Assembly: GCA_963674745.2 (NCBI GenBank) | Contig: CAXXDV010000003.1 | Location: 238,478 to 302,477 of the forward strand | Direction of reading: 5' to 3' | DNA: 64,000 bases | Origin: Desulfosudaceae bacterium | GTDB lineage: Bacteria; Desulfobacterota; Desulfobacteria; Desulfobacterales; Desulfosudaceae | Shown here: positions 63,228 through 64,000 of the stretch, piece after piece | Layout: every line of letters starts with the position of its first letter | Position numbering within the stretch: position 1 is the stretch's first letter | Notes under the pieces: model-generated | The model's database searches: none | What the model saw: the letters and a program-made list of their open reading frames with translations, nothing else | Told to the model about the DNA's origin: nothing | Program-made: the position numbers and the translations under genes

Positions 63228-64000
63228 ATGTTAAATAAAGAGATAAGAGGCCTTTTCCCAGATAAATATACTTATTGGAAGACGTCCTGGTTTAAAAAGT
63301 TGTCCGAGGAACGTAATCGTTTCCGGTTTAATGTTCTGATTGTCGCTTACCTGATAGCCATTACCATCCCCTGTATTTTGATTGTTCATGATTTTTTCAT
63401 CGGTCGATCAAACCTGATGATCAATTATTTTTCTTCCCTGGCGGCAATGATCGGTCTGCTGGGATACCTGCTGCGCACGGGAGACGTCAAGCGTATGGCG
63501 CCCGTCAGTCTGTTGGTTTGTGTTGTCGGGTTTCATCTTTCCGTGATTTTGCCGGGCGGTCAATCGACATATTTTTTGATGTTTTTTTCATTTCCTCAGC
63601 TGGCCTTCCTGCTGGCTGGTGTCCGCAGGGGGACATTCTGGACGTTCGGTTTTCTGGCAAGTGCCGTATGCCTTTATGCCGGGGTTGTGATCGGCCTTAT
63701 CCCTTCCTGGCAGGTTGCACTGGAGCCGGTGCAGATGATCGTGGGCCTGGTGACCTATATCATGCTTTTTGTCATTGCCATGGCCACTGAAAAAATGCAC
63801 CAGCTATACCTGTCCCGCACGGTAAAGGGGTTAATTTTTGACAACGAGACCGGGTTGCCTAAAAAGAGAATCCTGGGCCTGACCATCCAACCGGAACGCA
63901 GTTACGTGCTGGCAATTATGCGGATTGCCAATTTCAGCGAACTGATTTCAATTTTCAGCCAGAACCTTTCCGCCCATGTGGTTCGTTTTGCCGCCCAACG
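63228..64000 (+). CDS. Polytopic membrane protein, partial (runs off the window); possible degenerate GGDEF-type output domain
   Basis: My own translation from ATG 63228 is open to nt 64000. It shows about 5 TM helices, then FDNETGLPKKRIL, which resembles the start of GGDEF domains. This ORF is not in the supplied track because it has no stop in the window. Confidence 0.5.
   Translation, partial: MLNKEIRGLFPDKYTYWKTSWFKKLSEERNRFRFNVLIVAYLIAITIPCILIVHDFFIGRSNLMINYFSSLAAMIGLLGYLLRTGDVKRMAPVSLLVCVVGFHLSVILPGGQSTYFLMFFSFPQLAFLLAGVRRGTFWTFGFLASAVCLYAGVVIGLIPSWQVALEPVQMIVGLVTYIMLFVIAMATEKMHQLYLSRTVKGLIFDNETGLPKKRILGLTIQPERSYVLAIMRIANFSELISIFSQNLSAHVVRFAAQ

Noticed and set aside
1-64000. I looked for transposases, integrases, phage genes, toxin-antitoxin pairs, restriction-modification or other defence systems, tRNA and rRNA.
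   Set aside because: None of the ORF translations show the corresponding motifs, and I saw no tRNA-like cloverleaf or rRNA sequence. The mobile-looking DNA here is entirely non-autonomous repeats.

Overview
This 64-kb chromosomal window is moderately GC-rich by eye. Its gene content points to an anaerobic, probably Desulfobacterota-like (deltaproteobacterial) organism; that assignment is an inference from gene content only. Gene blocks, left to right:

- **0.1-21.6 kb:** a surface-glycan locus. It carries three methyltransferases, four sulfotransferase-type domains, two GT2s, a WecA/WbpL-type initiating transferase, an AlgI/AlgJ-type O-acetylation pair, CapD/WbpM-type dehydratases, an SQD1/SqdB-like UDP-sulfoquinovose synthase and a fused ATP-sulfurylase/APS-kinase.
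- **22-23.4 kb:** an AMIN-domain low-complexity protein.
- **23.9-34.2 kb:** a minus-strand block dapB-like, glpK, porGDAB, glpA, glpB, glpC. glpA is broken by a 1-nt frameshift.
- **35.3-39.6 kb:** a MurU-AmgK fusion and plsB.
- **39.9-41.3 kb:** a cobalamin riboswitch and cobT.
- **41.4-44.7 kb:** a NuoE/F/G-like flavoprotein trio.
- **44.9-50.7 kb:** a minor-pilin/PilY1 operon.
- **51.2-58.6 kb:** a ferredoxin, a DUF1846 protein, two paralogous MetV-like Cys-rich proteins, an Fe-S protein and an ADP-forming acyl-CoA synthetase.
- **58.9-62.4 kb:** a B12-type radical-SAM enzyme fused to an MBOAT-like membrane domain, followed by a LolA-like protein.

Almost every intergenic gap holds structured repeats of at least three families: GC-rich TGTAGGGGC...GCCC hairpins with co-varying stems; G/T-rich versus C/A-rich simple-sequence arms forming long imperfect inverted repeats; and about 125-nt GATGGC...GCCATC rod-like elements.

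I rank three candidates highest for undescribed biology: the sulfur-decorated glycan locus, the radical-SAM/MBOAT plus LolA-like operon, and the MetV-like pair with its Fe-S partner. No rRNA, tRNA, CRISPR array, transposase or recognisable defence system was seen. All protein calls rest on motif recognition in the supplied translations, not on database searches.
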